A stretch of 64,000 nt of DNA, taken from positions 736,001 to 800,000 of the forward strand of contig CAWJYV010000007.1 in assembly GCA_963847185.1 (NCBI GenBank), written 5' to 3'. Below are positions 20,228 through 30,433 of this stretch, piece by piece. The stretch is from an uncultured Methanosarcinaceae archaeon (GTDB lineage: Archaea; Halobacteriota; Methanosarcinia; Methanosarcinales; Methanosarcinaceae). The notes beneath the pieces were generated by a model. The model was not told the origin of the DNA. It did not search any database and saw nothing but the letters and a program-made list of their open reading frames with translations. The translations under genes were made by a program, and so were the position numbers. The stretch's first letter is position 1, and every line of letters starts with the position of its first letter.

Positions 20228-21487
20228 ATGACTGCAAACACAAAAAAAATACCACTTGCTTTTGGAAATCTGGAACTTGAGCTGGATATCCCTGAGAAAA
20301 ATATATCCAGCATTATCCTTCCTTCGGAACCTGGAATAATGGAGGAAAAAACTCTTCTAATTAAAAAAGCGCTTGAAAATCCTGTAAAAAGCAGGCGACT
20401 TTCTGAGATTGTAACTCCGGCTTCCAGAATTGTAATTATCGTAAGCGACATAACCAGGCCGACTCCGACTGCAAAGATCCTTCCTTCTCTGCTTGAAGAG
20501 CTTTATCTGGGAGGAGCCAAGAATGAAAATATTAAGATTGTGTTTGCTCTCGGGCTCCACCGCCAGCAGACTGAAGAGGAATCAAAAAAACTGGTCGGAG
20601 AGGAAATTTATAGGAAAATCCGATGCATCCAGCATGATATTGGCAGATGCAGATATGTTGGTGTGACTTCTCGAGGCACTCCTATAGAGATATTTGAGGA
20701 GATTCTTGACGCGGACGTAATAATAGGGACAGGCAGCATAGAATTCCATTATTATGCAGGATATAGTGGAGGGGCAAAGTCCGTGCTCCCGGGCGTAAGC
20801 TCGGAAGAAGCAGTGATTACAAACCATAAGATGATGATTGAAGAGAAAGCTGTTTCCGGAAGAGTTGACGGACCTGTTAGACAGGACATGGAAGAAGCCG
20901 CGAAATTTGCTGGTCTTGATTTTATTTTAAATGTGGTACTCGACAGCAAAAAAGAAATAGTTGCTGCCGTTGCCGGGGACTTTATCGAAGCTCACAGGAA
21001 AGGAGCAGGGATTGTAGACTCCATGTACAAGGTGCCCGTAGAGCCAGCAGATGCAGTAATAGTTTCTTGTGGGGGTTTTCCAAAAGATATCAATCTTTTC
21101 CAGGCACACAAAGCTCTTGACAATGCAACTCAGGCCGTAAAGGATGGAGGCTCGATCATCTTAGTGGCCGAATGCGCAGAAGGAATAGGAAATCTGGTAT
21201 ATGAATGCTGGAATCGGGAATGCAAGACTCCTGACGAGGCAATTGAACGTTTCAAGCATTGTTTCGAATTTGGGGGACACAAAAGTGCGATTGTTGCAAA
21301 AGCTTCGAAAAAATTCAAGCTCTACCTGGTATCCAAACTTCCGGAAGAACAAACCAGAGACGCGTTCTTTATTCCTGTGCCAGGCTTAAAAGAAGCCCTT
21401 TCAGCAGTCCTTTCAGAAAATCCTGATGCAAAAATACACCTTATGCCTCACGGAGGGCAGACCCTGCCAGTTAGAAAAGATAACTGA
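20228..21487 (+). CDS. larA: LarA-family nickel-pincer racemase/epimerase, paralog 2
   Basis: DITRPTP, ALGLHR, FHYYAGYSGGAKSVLPG, NH and DINLFQAHK motifs. Confidence 0.88.
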   Translation: MTANTKKIPLAFGNLELELDIPEKNISSIILPSEPGIMEEKTLLIKKALENPVKSRRLSEIVTPASRIVIIVSDITRPTPTAKILPSLLEELYLGGAKNENIKIVFALGLHRQQTEEESKKLVGEEIYRKIRCIQHDIGRCRYVGVTSRGTPIEIFEEILDADVIIGTGSIEFHYYAGYSGGAKSVLPGVSSEEAVITNHKMMIEEKAVSGRVDGPVRQDMEEAAKFAGLDFILNVVLDSKKEIVAAVAGDFIEAHRKGAGIVDSMYKVPVEPADAVIVSCGGFPKDINLFQAHKALDNATQAVKDGGSIILVAECAEGIGNLVYECWNRECKTPDEAIERFKHCFEFGGHKSAIVAKASKKFKLYLVSKLPEEQTRDAFFIPVPGLKEALSAVLSENPDAKIHLMPHGGQTLPVRKDN

Positions 21488-21629
21488 TCCATATATTCTT
21501 TTTAAGACTATTTCAAGCTTAATATTAAAACTCCTAGAATCATTAACTTTTTAAAAAATGGTAACGGAAAAAGAGAAAAAGAATAAATCAGTCAATTAAA
21601 AAGTAACACTCAGTTAAAAAAGTGCAGGC

Positions 21630-23288
21630 TTAAACGCCTGCTGAATCTGATACGTTGCTTGATACTTTTTCCGAGTTTTCTTCCTGCTCATCTTCAAATC
21701 TGCGCCTGAAAGCCTTTTTGAGGAATTCAGGTGAAAGTTGGGGTGTCATAAAGCTTACCACGACCAGAGCAAGGAGCGAGAGAGGGGTTGCAATCAGGAT
21801 CGGATCTACAACTGTCCAGGTGCCGGAAAATAGAGTTTCTTTGCCGAAAATTGCCTGGCAGATTCCAAGGGGAATTGCTTCTTTTGCATGGACAAAGGTC
21901 AGCCAGAAGAGACTGGTTAAGGATCCTATAACAAGACTTGCAGTTGCTCCGGCTCTTGTTGTACGCTTCCAGAAAAGTGCTCCTATGAACAGGGGCAGGA
22001 AAGCAGCTGTGCACAGGCCCATGAACATGGCAGTAGCTCTGGCGATAATGCTTCCTGGCAGGATATATGCCAGAATAACTGCAACCAGAATAGTAAAGGC
22101 GATTCCTAATTTTGTAACGCGGACAGTTGCCGTGGATTTACCTTTCATAATGCTCTGCTGGTAAACATCATACCCTATGGCTGTTCCCATGGTATGGAAC
22201 TGGGCGGCTGCAGTAGACATTGCGGCTGAAAGCAGGCTTAGCATGAAGAGTGCTACAAACATCTCAGGCATGGCATGGTTCAGGAACGTTGGCATTATAA
22301 GATCGGTGTTTCCGTCCGGCACCATCTGAAGGGCAATTTTGCCTGCAGTCTTATAAAAGTACACGTTGGAAAGGGCGCCTACAACGAATGCGACTCCTGT
22401 CATCATAAGAAGGAAAGGACCACCAACAGCAACTGCTCTTTTCAGGGAGATGTCATTTTTTACAGTCATGAACCTGACTGCAAGCTGAGGCTGTGCAAGT
22501 ACTCCGATTCCTACCCCCATTATAATCGTGGAAACCATTGTCCACCAGATAGGAGAACCGAGCACAGGCATAGAAGTCCATCCCCTGTGTCCCTGAGCTG
22601 CAAGGGCAGGAGGAACAAGGTTTGCCATATTGGTAAGAGTCTGATGGGCTTCAGTAACTCCTCCAAGCATGCTGTAAGTATAGATAAGCAGGAAACCCAT
22701 TCCTAGCAACATGAGAATAGCCTGGAAAGCATCCACATACATGACTGAGAGAAGACCGCCTTTAATCACATAGGATGCAATAATTACTGTGAAGATCAGA
22801 AGAGCAATATTATAGTTAACCCCAAGCGTTGTCTCAAGGAATCTTCCGGATCCTATCATGACGCTTGCAGCGTAAAGGGGCATGAAAACACCGATAAGAA
22901 GCCCGGAATACGCCTGAATGAACTTTGATTGGAACCGTTTCCCTATAAACTCAGGATAGGTTATAGCTCCCAGGTTCAGTCCCATGCGCCTTGTTGGAGG
23001 TCCAAAGACAACGAAAGCGATAAAGATTCCGAAAAAGATATTCAAAAAAGTAAGCCACAAAATCCCCATTCCTAAAGATCCGGCTACTCCTCCGAATCCT
23101 ATGATTGCAGAAGTGCTGATAAACGCAGCTCCGTAAGAAAGAGCCATAATTGCAGGATGCACACCTCGGCCAGCGAGCATATACCCGTCTGTCTGGGAAT
23201 TTTTCTTATAACCCAGATGAGCGATGTAAAAGGTGGCTGCAAGATAAATAATCACAAAAAGGATAAGAGTTGATATACTGATTGTCAT
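21630..23288 (-). CDS. Sodium:solute symporter family protein, copy A
   Basis: About 13 hydrophobic segments. YMLAGR, GGLLSVMYVDAFQ and SAAMST motifs. Start MTISIST. Confidence 0.93.
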   Translation of the reverse strand: MTISISTLILFVIIYLAATFYIAHLGYKKNSQTDGYMLAGRGVHPAIMALSYGAAFISTSAIIGFGGVAGSLGMGILWLTFLNIFFGIFIAFVVFGPPTRRMGLNLGAITYPEFIGKRFQSKFIQAYSGLLIGVFMPLYAASVMIGSGRFLETTLGVNYNIALLIFTVIIASYVIKGGLLSVMYVDAFQAILMLLGMGFLLIYTYSMLGGVTEAHQTLTNMANLVPPALAAQGHRGWTSMPVLGSPIWWTMVSTIIMGVGIGVLAQPQLAVRFMTVKNDISLKRAVAVGGPFLLMMTGVAFVVGALSNVYFYKTAGKIALQMVPDGNTDLIMPTFLNHAMPEMFVALFMLSLLSAAMSTAAAQFHTMGTAIGYDVYQQSIMKGKSTATVRVTKLGIAFTILVAVILAYILPGSIIARATAMFMGLCTAAFLPLFIGALFWKRTTRAGATASLVIGSLTSLFWLTFVHAKEAIPLGICQAIFGKETLFSGTWTVVDPILIATPLSLLALVVVSFMTPQLSPEFLKKAFRRRFEDEQEENSEKVSSNVSDSAGV

Positions 23289-23430
23289 AAAACCATTCCG
23301 AAGTAATTTCAAGACTGTTTTTAATTACTGCCTTTTCCAGTTTTACAAAAAGTTTGATTTAAACAGGATTTTTCAAATCGATCCATTTCATATATGCCAG
23401 TTTAAATCGATCTCATTTAATATATCCAGT

Positions 23431-23586
23431 TTATTCCTGATTCACTGATTTCTGAGCATTGCTTTTTACTGCCTTCTCTTTGTCTTCTCCTGTCCAATGC
23501 AATGCTCCATATACCATGCATCCGAGTGCACTCAATATACTGGCAAGATATGCAAGCCAGATCTGAGGATCATCTATTCCTAACAT
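23431..23586 (-). CDS. Symporter small accessory membrane protein A (51 aa)
   Basis: MLGIDDPQIWLAYLASILSALGCMVYGALHW..., with SD AAGGTG upstream. Not in ORF track. Confidence 0.88.
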   Translation of the reverse strand: MLGIDDPQIWLAYLASILSALGCMVYGALHWTGEDKEKAVKSNAQKSVNQE

Positions 23587-23924
23587 CTACAACACCTTCA
23601 CATATAATCATGATAATTGTTAAATGACAGCATGATACCTGCTAGCATTGTACATTACTTTATTATTATTTAAACATATTGAGTTATGGTTTTATTGAGA
23701 ATCATTCTTAGTTTTTGGTTCTCAAAATTCTCTGTAATTTCTATAAGTGAAATATTAGAAATAGCCATAAGTTAGATAACATATTTCAATAAACATAAAA
23801 CAAGCTTCTCATAATTGAACTTCCGATCATAAAAAAATAGTTCTAAGACTCTTATTGATATTGTGAATAAAAACTGGTTTTGGGGTCATCTAAAACATAA
23901 ATGAGAAATTAAAAAGATGCAGGC

Positions 23925-25583
23925 TTAAACGCCTGCAGAATCTGATACGTTGCTTGATACTTTTTCCGAATTTTCTTCATTTTCGTCTTCAAATCTGCGC
24001 CTGAAAGCCTTTTTGAGGAATTCAGGTGAAAATTGAGGTGTCATAAGGCTTACCGCGACCAGAGCAAGAAGAGAGAGAGGAGTTGCAATCAGGATAGGGT
24101 CTACAAGAGGCCAAGTGCCGGAAAATAGAGTTTCTTTGCCGAAAATTGCCTGGCAGATTCCAAGGGGAATTGCTTCTTTTGCATGGACAAAGGTCAGCCA
24201 GAAGAGACTGGTTAAGGATCCTATAACAAGACTTGCAGTTGCTCCGGCTCTTGTTGTGCGCTTCCAGAAAAGTGCTCCTATGAACAGGGGCAGGAAAGAA
24301 GCCGTACACAGACCCATGAACATGGCAGTAGCTCTGGCGATAATGCTTCCTGGCAGGATATATGCCAGAATGACTGCAACCAGGATGGTAAAGGCGATTC
24401 CTAATTTTGTGACGCGGACAGTTGCCGTGGATTTACCTTTCATAATGCTCTGCTGGTAGACGTCATACCCTATGGCCGTGCCCATTGTATGGAACTGAGC
24501 GGCTGCAGTAGACATTGCGGCTGAGAGCAGGCTTAGCATGAAAAGTGCTACAAACATCTCAGGCATGGCGTGGTTCAGGAACGTTGGCATTATAAGGTCA
24601 GTGTTTCCATCCGGCACGACCTGAAGAGCAATCTTGCCCATAGTTTTGTAGAAATATACATTGGAAAGGGCTCCCACAGCATAGGCAACTCCTACCATCA
24701 TAAGAAGGAAAGGACCACCAACAGCAACTGCTCTTTTCAGGGAGATGTCATTTTTTACAGTCATGAACCTGACTGCAAGCTGAGGCTGTGCAAGTACTCC
24801 GATTCCTACCCCCATTATAATTGTGGAAACCATTGTCCACCAGATAGGAGAACCGAGTGCAGGCATAGAAGTCCATCCCCTGTGTCCCTGAGCTGCAAGG
24901 GCAGGAGGAACAAGGTTTGCCATATTGGTAAGAGCCTGGTGGGCTTCAGTAACTCCTCCAAGCATGCTGTAAGTATAGATAAGCAGAAAACCCATTCCCA
25001 GCAACATGAGAATAGCCTGGAAAGCATCCACATACATGACTGAGAGAAGACCGCCTTTAATCACATAAGAAGCAATAATTACTGTGAAGATCAGAAGAGC
25101 AATATTATAGTTAACCCCAAGCGTTGTCTCAAGGAATCTTCCGGATCCTATCATGACGCTTGCAGCGTAAAGGGGCATGAAAACACCGATAAGAAGCCCG
25201 GAATAGGCCTGAATGAACTTCGATTGGAACCGTTTCCCTATAAACTCAGGATAGGTTATAGCTCCCAGGTTCAGTCCCATGCGCCTTGTTGGAGGTCCAA
25301 AGACAACGAAAGCGATAAAGATTCCAAAAAAGATGTTCATAAAGACAAGCCACAAAAGTCCCATTCCTAAAGAAGCGGCTACTCCTCCGAATCCTATGAT
25401 TGCAGAAGTGCTGATAAACGCAGCTCCGTAGGAAAGAGCCATAATTGCAGGATGCACCCCTCGACCAGCGAGCATATACCCATCTGTCTGGGAATTTTTC
25501 TTATAACCCAGGTAGGCAACATAAAAGGTGGCTGCAAGATAAATAACAATAAAAAGGATAAGAGTTAAAGTACTGACTGCCAT
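23925..25583 (-). CDS. Sodium:solute symporter family protein, copy B
   Basis: Near-identical paralog of copy A. Confidence 0.93.
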   Translation of the reverse strand: MAVSTLTLILFIVIYLAATFYVAYLGYKKNSQTDGYMLAGRGVHPAIMALSYGAAFISTSAIIGFGGVAASLGMGLLWLVFMNIFFGIFIAFVVFGPPTRRMGLNLGAITYPEFIGKRFQSKFIQAYSGLLIGVFMPLYAASVMIGSGRFLETTLGVNYNIALLIFTVIIASYVIKGGLLSVMYVDAFQAILMLLGMGFLLIYTYSMLGGVTEAHQALTNMANLVPPALAAQGHRGWTSMPALGSPIWWTMVSTIIMGVGIGVLAQPQLAVRFMTVKNDISLKRAVAVGGPFLLMMVGVAYAVGALSNVYFYKTMGKIALQVVPDGNTDLIMPTFLNHAMPEMFVALFMLSLLSAAMSTAAAQFHTMGTAIGYDVYQQSIMKGKSTATVRVTKLGIAFTILVAVILAYILPGSIIARATAMFMGLCTASFLPLFIGALFWKRTTRAGATASLVIGSLTSLFWLTFVHAKEAIPLGICQAIFGKETLFSGTWPLVDPILIATPLSLLALVAVSLMTPQFSPEFLKKAFRRRFEDENEENSEKVSSNVSDSAGV

Positions 25584-25676
25584 AAAAACTACTCCAGAAC
25601 AATATTGATTACTTTTATTCTCAGATTAATCAAAAAATCTACTTAAGCGGGAAATAAAATTCCAGCAATGTCAGGT

Positions 25677-25835
25677 TTACTGGTCCTGGACCTCTGGTTT
25701 TTTAGCACTGCTTTTTACTGCCTTCTCTTCGTCTTCGCTTCTCCAATGAAAAGCTCCGTAAATCATGCATCCGAGTGCACTAAGTATACTGGCAAGGTAT
25801 GCAAGCCAGATCTGATAATCATCGATTCCTAACAT
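25677..25835 (-). CDS. Symporter small accessory membrane protein B (52 aa)
   Basis: MLGIDDYQIWLAYLASILSALGCMIYGAFHW..., with the same SD. Not in ORF track. Confidence 0.88.
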   Translation of the reverse strand: MLGIDDYQIWLAYLASILSALGCMIYGAFHWRSEDEEKAVKSSAKKPEVQDQ

Positions 25836-26292
25836 CTACAACACCTTCCTAAAGAATATATTGATAATCGTTAACATGATACTTGGTAGCACTGTACATT
25901 TTACTCTTTTTGTTATTTAAACATATTGAGTAGGGTAAATTCCAATATAAAGTAATGATTATAAAATAAAAAATGAAGGATATATTCTAAAAATCAAATT
26001 TCGAGGGCTATAATCTTGTTTGATATTAATTAATCCATGAAGATATCGAAAAAACGTACGGAATAAAGAATATAAGAGATATCTTTGAAAACAGCAGAAT
26101 ATTCTTGAAATTAATCTCTCCATGCAATAAAATGACTTTTGTGGGAAGCAGAAAAATAAAGAAAGTCAAAAATTCGGAATGGAAATACAGTATGCGGGAG
26201 AGAGAATATTTTCTTGATTCTTTCTCCTTTTTGAGTAATGTATTCAGGTTTTTCCGTTGAATGCCTATTTCATATAGATTACATTTTTTATT

Positions 26293-27567
26293 TTACTTCG
26301 CAGTGCATTCAGTAATTTCTCCGCTGAGATCTTCCCTGAGAATCTCAATAGCTTTGTCGAAATCATCTGTCTGGCCGAGAACCCACATCAATTTAACAAG
26401 AGCAGTCTCAGGCAATGTGTCTTCCCCTTCGATTGCGCCAGCTTTCAGCATATCACGTCCGGTATCATAGACGCGGTCGCAGATCCTGCCTTTAAGGCAC
26501 TGGGATGTCACTATTACAGGCATTTTTGCATCCGTGGCTTTTTGAATAAAAGGAATCCATCTAGTAGAAACGTGTCCGAGCCCTGTTCCTTCAAGGACCA
26601 GTCCTCTGTAGCCGTTGTCAATATAACAATCAAGAACTGAAGGGTCTGAACCAGGGGTAAACTTTACGAGAGCACATTTTGGCTCCATTCCAGGCTTGAA
26701 TTTAAGGGTTTTTTCTCCACGTCTGGTGTAGTCAATGAAAGTTTTTATTTCTCTTGCATTGTAATCTACAACTCCTATGGGAAGGGAGTTTACGGACTTG
26801 AAGGCATCCCTGCGAGAAGTATGCATTTTCCGGACTTTTGTGCCGCGGTGAATTTCACAGAAATCATCGGAAGTTGTACCGTGCATTACAACCGAGACCT
26901 CGGCAATATCGCTTATGGCAACTAAAGCTGCGCAGATCGCATTCATGGCATTGTCGCTGCTTGGACGGTCTGCACTTCTCTGGGAACCTACCAGAACAAT
27001 AGGTACAGGCGTCTCTATCATGAAAGAAAGGGCTGCAGCAGTGTACATCATGGTGTCGGTACCATGCGTAACGAGTACCCCCTCGGCTCCGGCTTCAATT
27101 TCTTCCACAACTGCCCGGGCAAGATTTTGCCAGGATTCAGAGTCCATATTTTCCGAGAGGATGCTTGAGATAACCCTGCCTTTGAAATCGGCTATTTCTT
27201 TAAGTTCGGGAATTGCGGCAAGGATATCGTCAGCAGTGAACTGGGATGTTACTGCTCCTGTCCGGTAGTCGATCTTGCTGGCAATTGTTCCGCCTGTGGA
27301 AAGAATTGCAACTTTAGGAAGTTTTTTCCCGGATTTTGAAGAGGCATCTACAATTGCTTTTGACTCTTTCCCTCCATTTTTGCCTCCGTTTGCAGCTTCC
27401 CCATTGCTTTCCAGAAGGGTTATCCGGACTTTATCTGTGGAAAAACCGGCATTATAACCGCTTTTCATTTTTATTGTAATATATCCTTTCATTGAAGGCA
27501 TCACTTTGCCTTCATAGACTGTGCCGTTCTTCTCAATACGTACCCGGTCGCCCTGTTTGAACTCCAT
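26293..27567 (-). CDS. gatD: Glu-tRNA(Gln) amidotransferase subunit D
   Basis: N-term [34 protein letters not shown] and [10 protein letters not shown] motifs. Confidence 0.96.
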   Translation of the reverse strand: MEFKQGDRVRIEKNGTVYEGKVMPSMKGYITIKMKSGYNAGFSTDKVRITLLESNGEAANGGKNGGKESKAIVDASSKSGKKLPKVAILSTGGTIASKIDYRTGAVTSQFTADDILAAIPELKEIADFKGRVISSILSENMDSESWQNLARAVVEEIEAGAEGVLVTHGTDTMMYTAAALSFMIETPVPIVLVGSQRSADRPSSDNAMNAICAALVAISDIAEVSVVMHGTTSDDFCEIHRGTKVRKMHTSRRDAFKSVNSLPIGVVDYNAREIKTFIDYTRRGEKTLKFKPGMEPKCALVKFTPGSDPSVLDCYIDNGYRGLVLEGTGLGHVSTRWIPFIQKATDAKMPVIVTSQCLKGRICDRVYDTGRDMLKAGAIEGEDTLPETALVKLMWVLGQTDDFDKAIEILREDLSGEITECTAK

Positions 27568-27694
27568 GAATAATCCCTTTTGTGCTGATTTTTTGAGATA
27601 GTGTATAAATAATCGGTATTCGTGTAATACTAAGAGGTCAAGGTAATATTAAAACTAAATGTGTTTTTGATGTTTAAGCTCATATCAAGCACAT

Positions 27695-29170
27695 TCAAAT
27701 CTTCCTGTGCTCATCAACCTCTGAAAGCAAATTTTCAAAAGCAGAATCTATAATATCCTTGAGGGTCTCAATCTCCTGCTTATTAAGTTCGAGTTCTGTC
27801 TGCCGTTTTGAAAGGTAGCGCTGCATTTCTTCTGGCGCAGGCCCGCCAATAACCTTTCTCCTTTTTACGTTTGAAATCGGATTAAGGGCTTCCTTTACCA
27901 TATTTTCTGTCAGACCCCTTCCAGAAAGCGATTCTCCCAGAACAACCTCGGAAACCGAATCAATCTTTTCCATTGTAGGTTTTTCGCCGTCTTTTGCCAG
28001 CATTCCGACTATCTGGTGGGCAGTTCTGAAGGGAATGCCTGTTTCCCGGACAAAGGTGTCTGCAAGTTCAGTGGCTGTCGTAAAACCTGTGACGGACTGG
28101 GCTGCCAGCACCTCATAGCGGACTTTCATAGTCCTTATCATCCCTCCCATTATCCGTACAGACGCCCTGACAGTTTCAACCGAGCGCCAGATATTCGGAG
28201 TTGCTTCCTGAAGGTCCCGGTTATAACTGAGGGGCAGACCCTTACAGATCGTAAGAAGGGACATTAGAGCTCCGACGGCCACTCCGGTTTTTCCGCGCAT
28301 AAGTTCGGCTGTATCCGGATTTTTCTTTTGAGGCATAATCGAAGAGGTAGAAGCATAGGTATCGTCCAGTTCTATGAAGTTGAATTCGGATGAAGACCAG
28401 ATCACAAGCTCTTCAGCCATCCGGCTCAGGTTAATCATTAGATTTGTAAACACGGATGCGCACTCAATAAGGAAATCTCTGCTACTGACAGCATCCATTG
28501 AATTTTCCAGCAAGCCTTCAAAGCCCAGGAGTTCTGCGGTCCGTTTCCTGTTAAGGTCAAAACCTGTAGAAGCAAATGCAGCAGCCCCGAGAGGGCAGAG
28601 GTTTACCCTGGAAAATGCATCCTGGACCCTGTCGAAGTCCCTGCCAAGGGCTGCTTCATGAGCACATAGGTGATGGGCAAGGGTTGTCGGCTGAGCATGC
28701 TGAAGGTGAGTAAAACCTGGCATAAGGGTACTGGTGTTTTTTTCTGCGAGGCCGAGAAGCGTATTTCTCAGGTAGAAGATTTCTTCAAGCAGTCCCATAA
28801 GCTCTTCTCTAAGGGCAAGCCTTATGCAGGTTGCAACCTCATCATTTCTCGAGCGTCCGGAGTGCATCCTGCCTCCTACGTCCTCTCCGACCATATCGAT
28901 GAGTCTGGACTCAAGGGAGATATGAATGTCTTCGTAGCTGAAATCTAGTTTTTCCATCCCCTCTTCCCTGATTTTCAAAAGCCCACTCAGGATTTTGCTG
29001 CAGTCCTTCGAATTTATAATTCCCTGCTCCTTTAACATAACTGTGTGAGCAAGGTCCACTGCAATGTCAGCGTCAAAAATCCATCTGTCCGCCTCCATTG
29101 AAGAGGTATAACGTAAAATCTCCTCATCAGGAGCGGCTTCCAGCCTGCCTCTGCGTAAAATGTTGCTCAT
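27695..29170 (-). CDS. argH: Argininosuccinate lyase
   Basis: HSGRSRNDE, PGFTHLQHAQP, SSIMPQKKNPD and YNRDLQE motifs. Confidence 0.97.
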   Translation of the reverse strand: MSNILRRGRLEAAPDEEILRYTSSMEADRWIFDADIAVDLAHTVMLKEQGIINSKDCSKILSGLLKIREEGMEKLDFSYEDIHISLESRLIDMVGEDVGGRMHSGRSRNDEVATCIRLALREELMGLLEEIFYLRNTLLGLAEKNTSTLMPGFTHLQHAQPTTLAHHLCAHEAALGRDFDRVQDAFSRVNLCPLGAAAFASTGFDLNRKRTAELLGFEGLLENSMDAVSSRDFLIECASVFTNLMINLSRMAEELVIWSSSEFNFIELDDTYASTSSIMPQKKNPDTAELMRGKTGVAVGALMSLLTICKGLPLSYNRDLQEATPNIWRSVETVRASVRIMGGMIRTMKVRYEVLAAQSVTGFTTATELADTFVRETGIPFRTAHQIVGMLAKDGEKPTMEKIDSVSEVVLGESLSGRGLTENMVKEALNPISNVKRRKVIGGPAPEEMQRYLSKRQTELELNKQEIETLKDIIDSAFENLLSEVDEHRKI

Positions 29171-29240
29171 GGGTTTTCCTCTTTGTGATCTTATTTAATG
29201 AACCTGTATATGTGAAAATCTTAATTGGAATAATATGCTG

Positions 29241-29350
29241 GTAGAGTAATAATCAATGCCTGATTTAGTAGAGTAATAATCAATGCCTACAGTAGCTCAA
29301 TTTCTGTGTAAGATGAACTGAATTATTGTGTTTGAAGAGTAATAATGCCT
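29241..29350. repeat. Direct repeats upstream of argH
   Basis: GTAGAGTAATAATCAATGCCT at 29241 and 29268, and a shortened AGAGTAATAATGCCT at 29336. Confidence 0.8.
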
Positions 29351-29638
29351 GTAAGATTAAAAATGTCTTTGAGTCAGAGGTATTGAAATATGTAGCGTCG
29401 TATTATTCCGAATACTTAAATATGAATCGGTTTCAGGGAGTTCTCGTGCAAGATTTTTATGTCATGTGAAATCCTGCATTTTTTAGCTGTTCTCGATTAA
29501 ATTCCAATAAGAAAGAAATACTTCAAGAAAGAAGTATTCCAATAAGAAAGAAATAACCTTCTAGATAATTTTCAGAAAAAGCCAACTTCATGACTCATCT
29601 TTTAGTTTTAAATTGATTAAGTATCATTACTCAACTAC

Positions 29639-30253
29639 ATGTCCAGAACCACAAAGATGTCTGCAGCCTTTAAGTATAATCGAATCGCCCCCATCTATGA
29701 GCTGATAGATTTGCCGCTTGAGTTTTTTTTCCGAAAGTGGAGAAAAGAGGCGCTTTCAAGCCTGAGTGGGAAAGTTCTGGAAGTTGGAGTGGGAACTGGA
29801 AGGAATCTGAAATACTATCCTGCAAGCTGCTCGGTAACAGGGATAGATAACAGCAAGGAGATGCTTGAAAGAGCCAGGGAGAAAGCTATCGACAAGAAAA
29901 GGTTTACTTTTATCCTTATGGATGCCGAAAACCTGGAATTTCCGGACAGGAGTTTCGATTATATTGTCACAACTTTTGTCCTTTGCACAATCCCTGACCC
30001 TGTGAAAGCTCTTAAAGAAATGAGGCGTGTGCTGAAACCATCAGGTGAACTGATAGCTCTTGAGCATGTGAGCAGCAGCAACCCTTTGTTTGCCAGGTTC
30101 GAAGAACTGATTGATCCTGTTCTATTTTCCCTGCTTGGAGATCATACAACCCGAGATACGGAAAAGAACATAAAAGAAGCCGGTTTCACCATTCAGGAGG
30201 TAAAAAAACTGGCTTTTAATGATATTTTCAGGAAAATAAGGGCAAAACCGTAA
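29639..30253 (+). CDS. Class I SAM-dependent methyltransferase
   Basis: VLEVGVGTG, DAENLEF and EMRRVLKP motifs. Confidence 0.92.
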   Translation: MSRTTKMSAAFKYNRIAPIYELIDLPLEFFFRKWRKEALSSLSGKVLEVGVGTGRNLKYYPASCSVTGIDNSKEMLERAREKAIDKKRFTFILMDAENLEFPDRSFDYIVTTFVLCTIPDPVKALKEMRRVLKPSGELIALEHVSSSNPLFARFEELIDPVLFSLLGDHTTRDTEKNIKEAGFTIQEVKKLAFNDIFRKIRAKP

Positions 30254-30433
30254 GAGCTTTCTTTTTCTAAATTTACTGGATATTTAAGCAAATATTATTG
30301 GTTCATGAATTTAAAAACAGCTTTAAGATCCAGAAAATTGCACTTAGAAATCTCTGTACGACTAAAAGCTCATGGCGAAGAATTGAGGAATGTCGATTCT
30401 GCCAGATTAAGAATACCAGTAAGATAATTTCGT

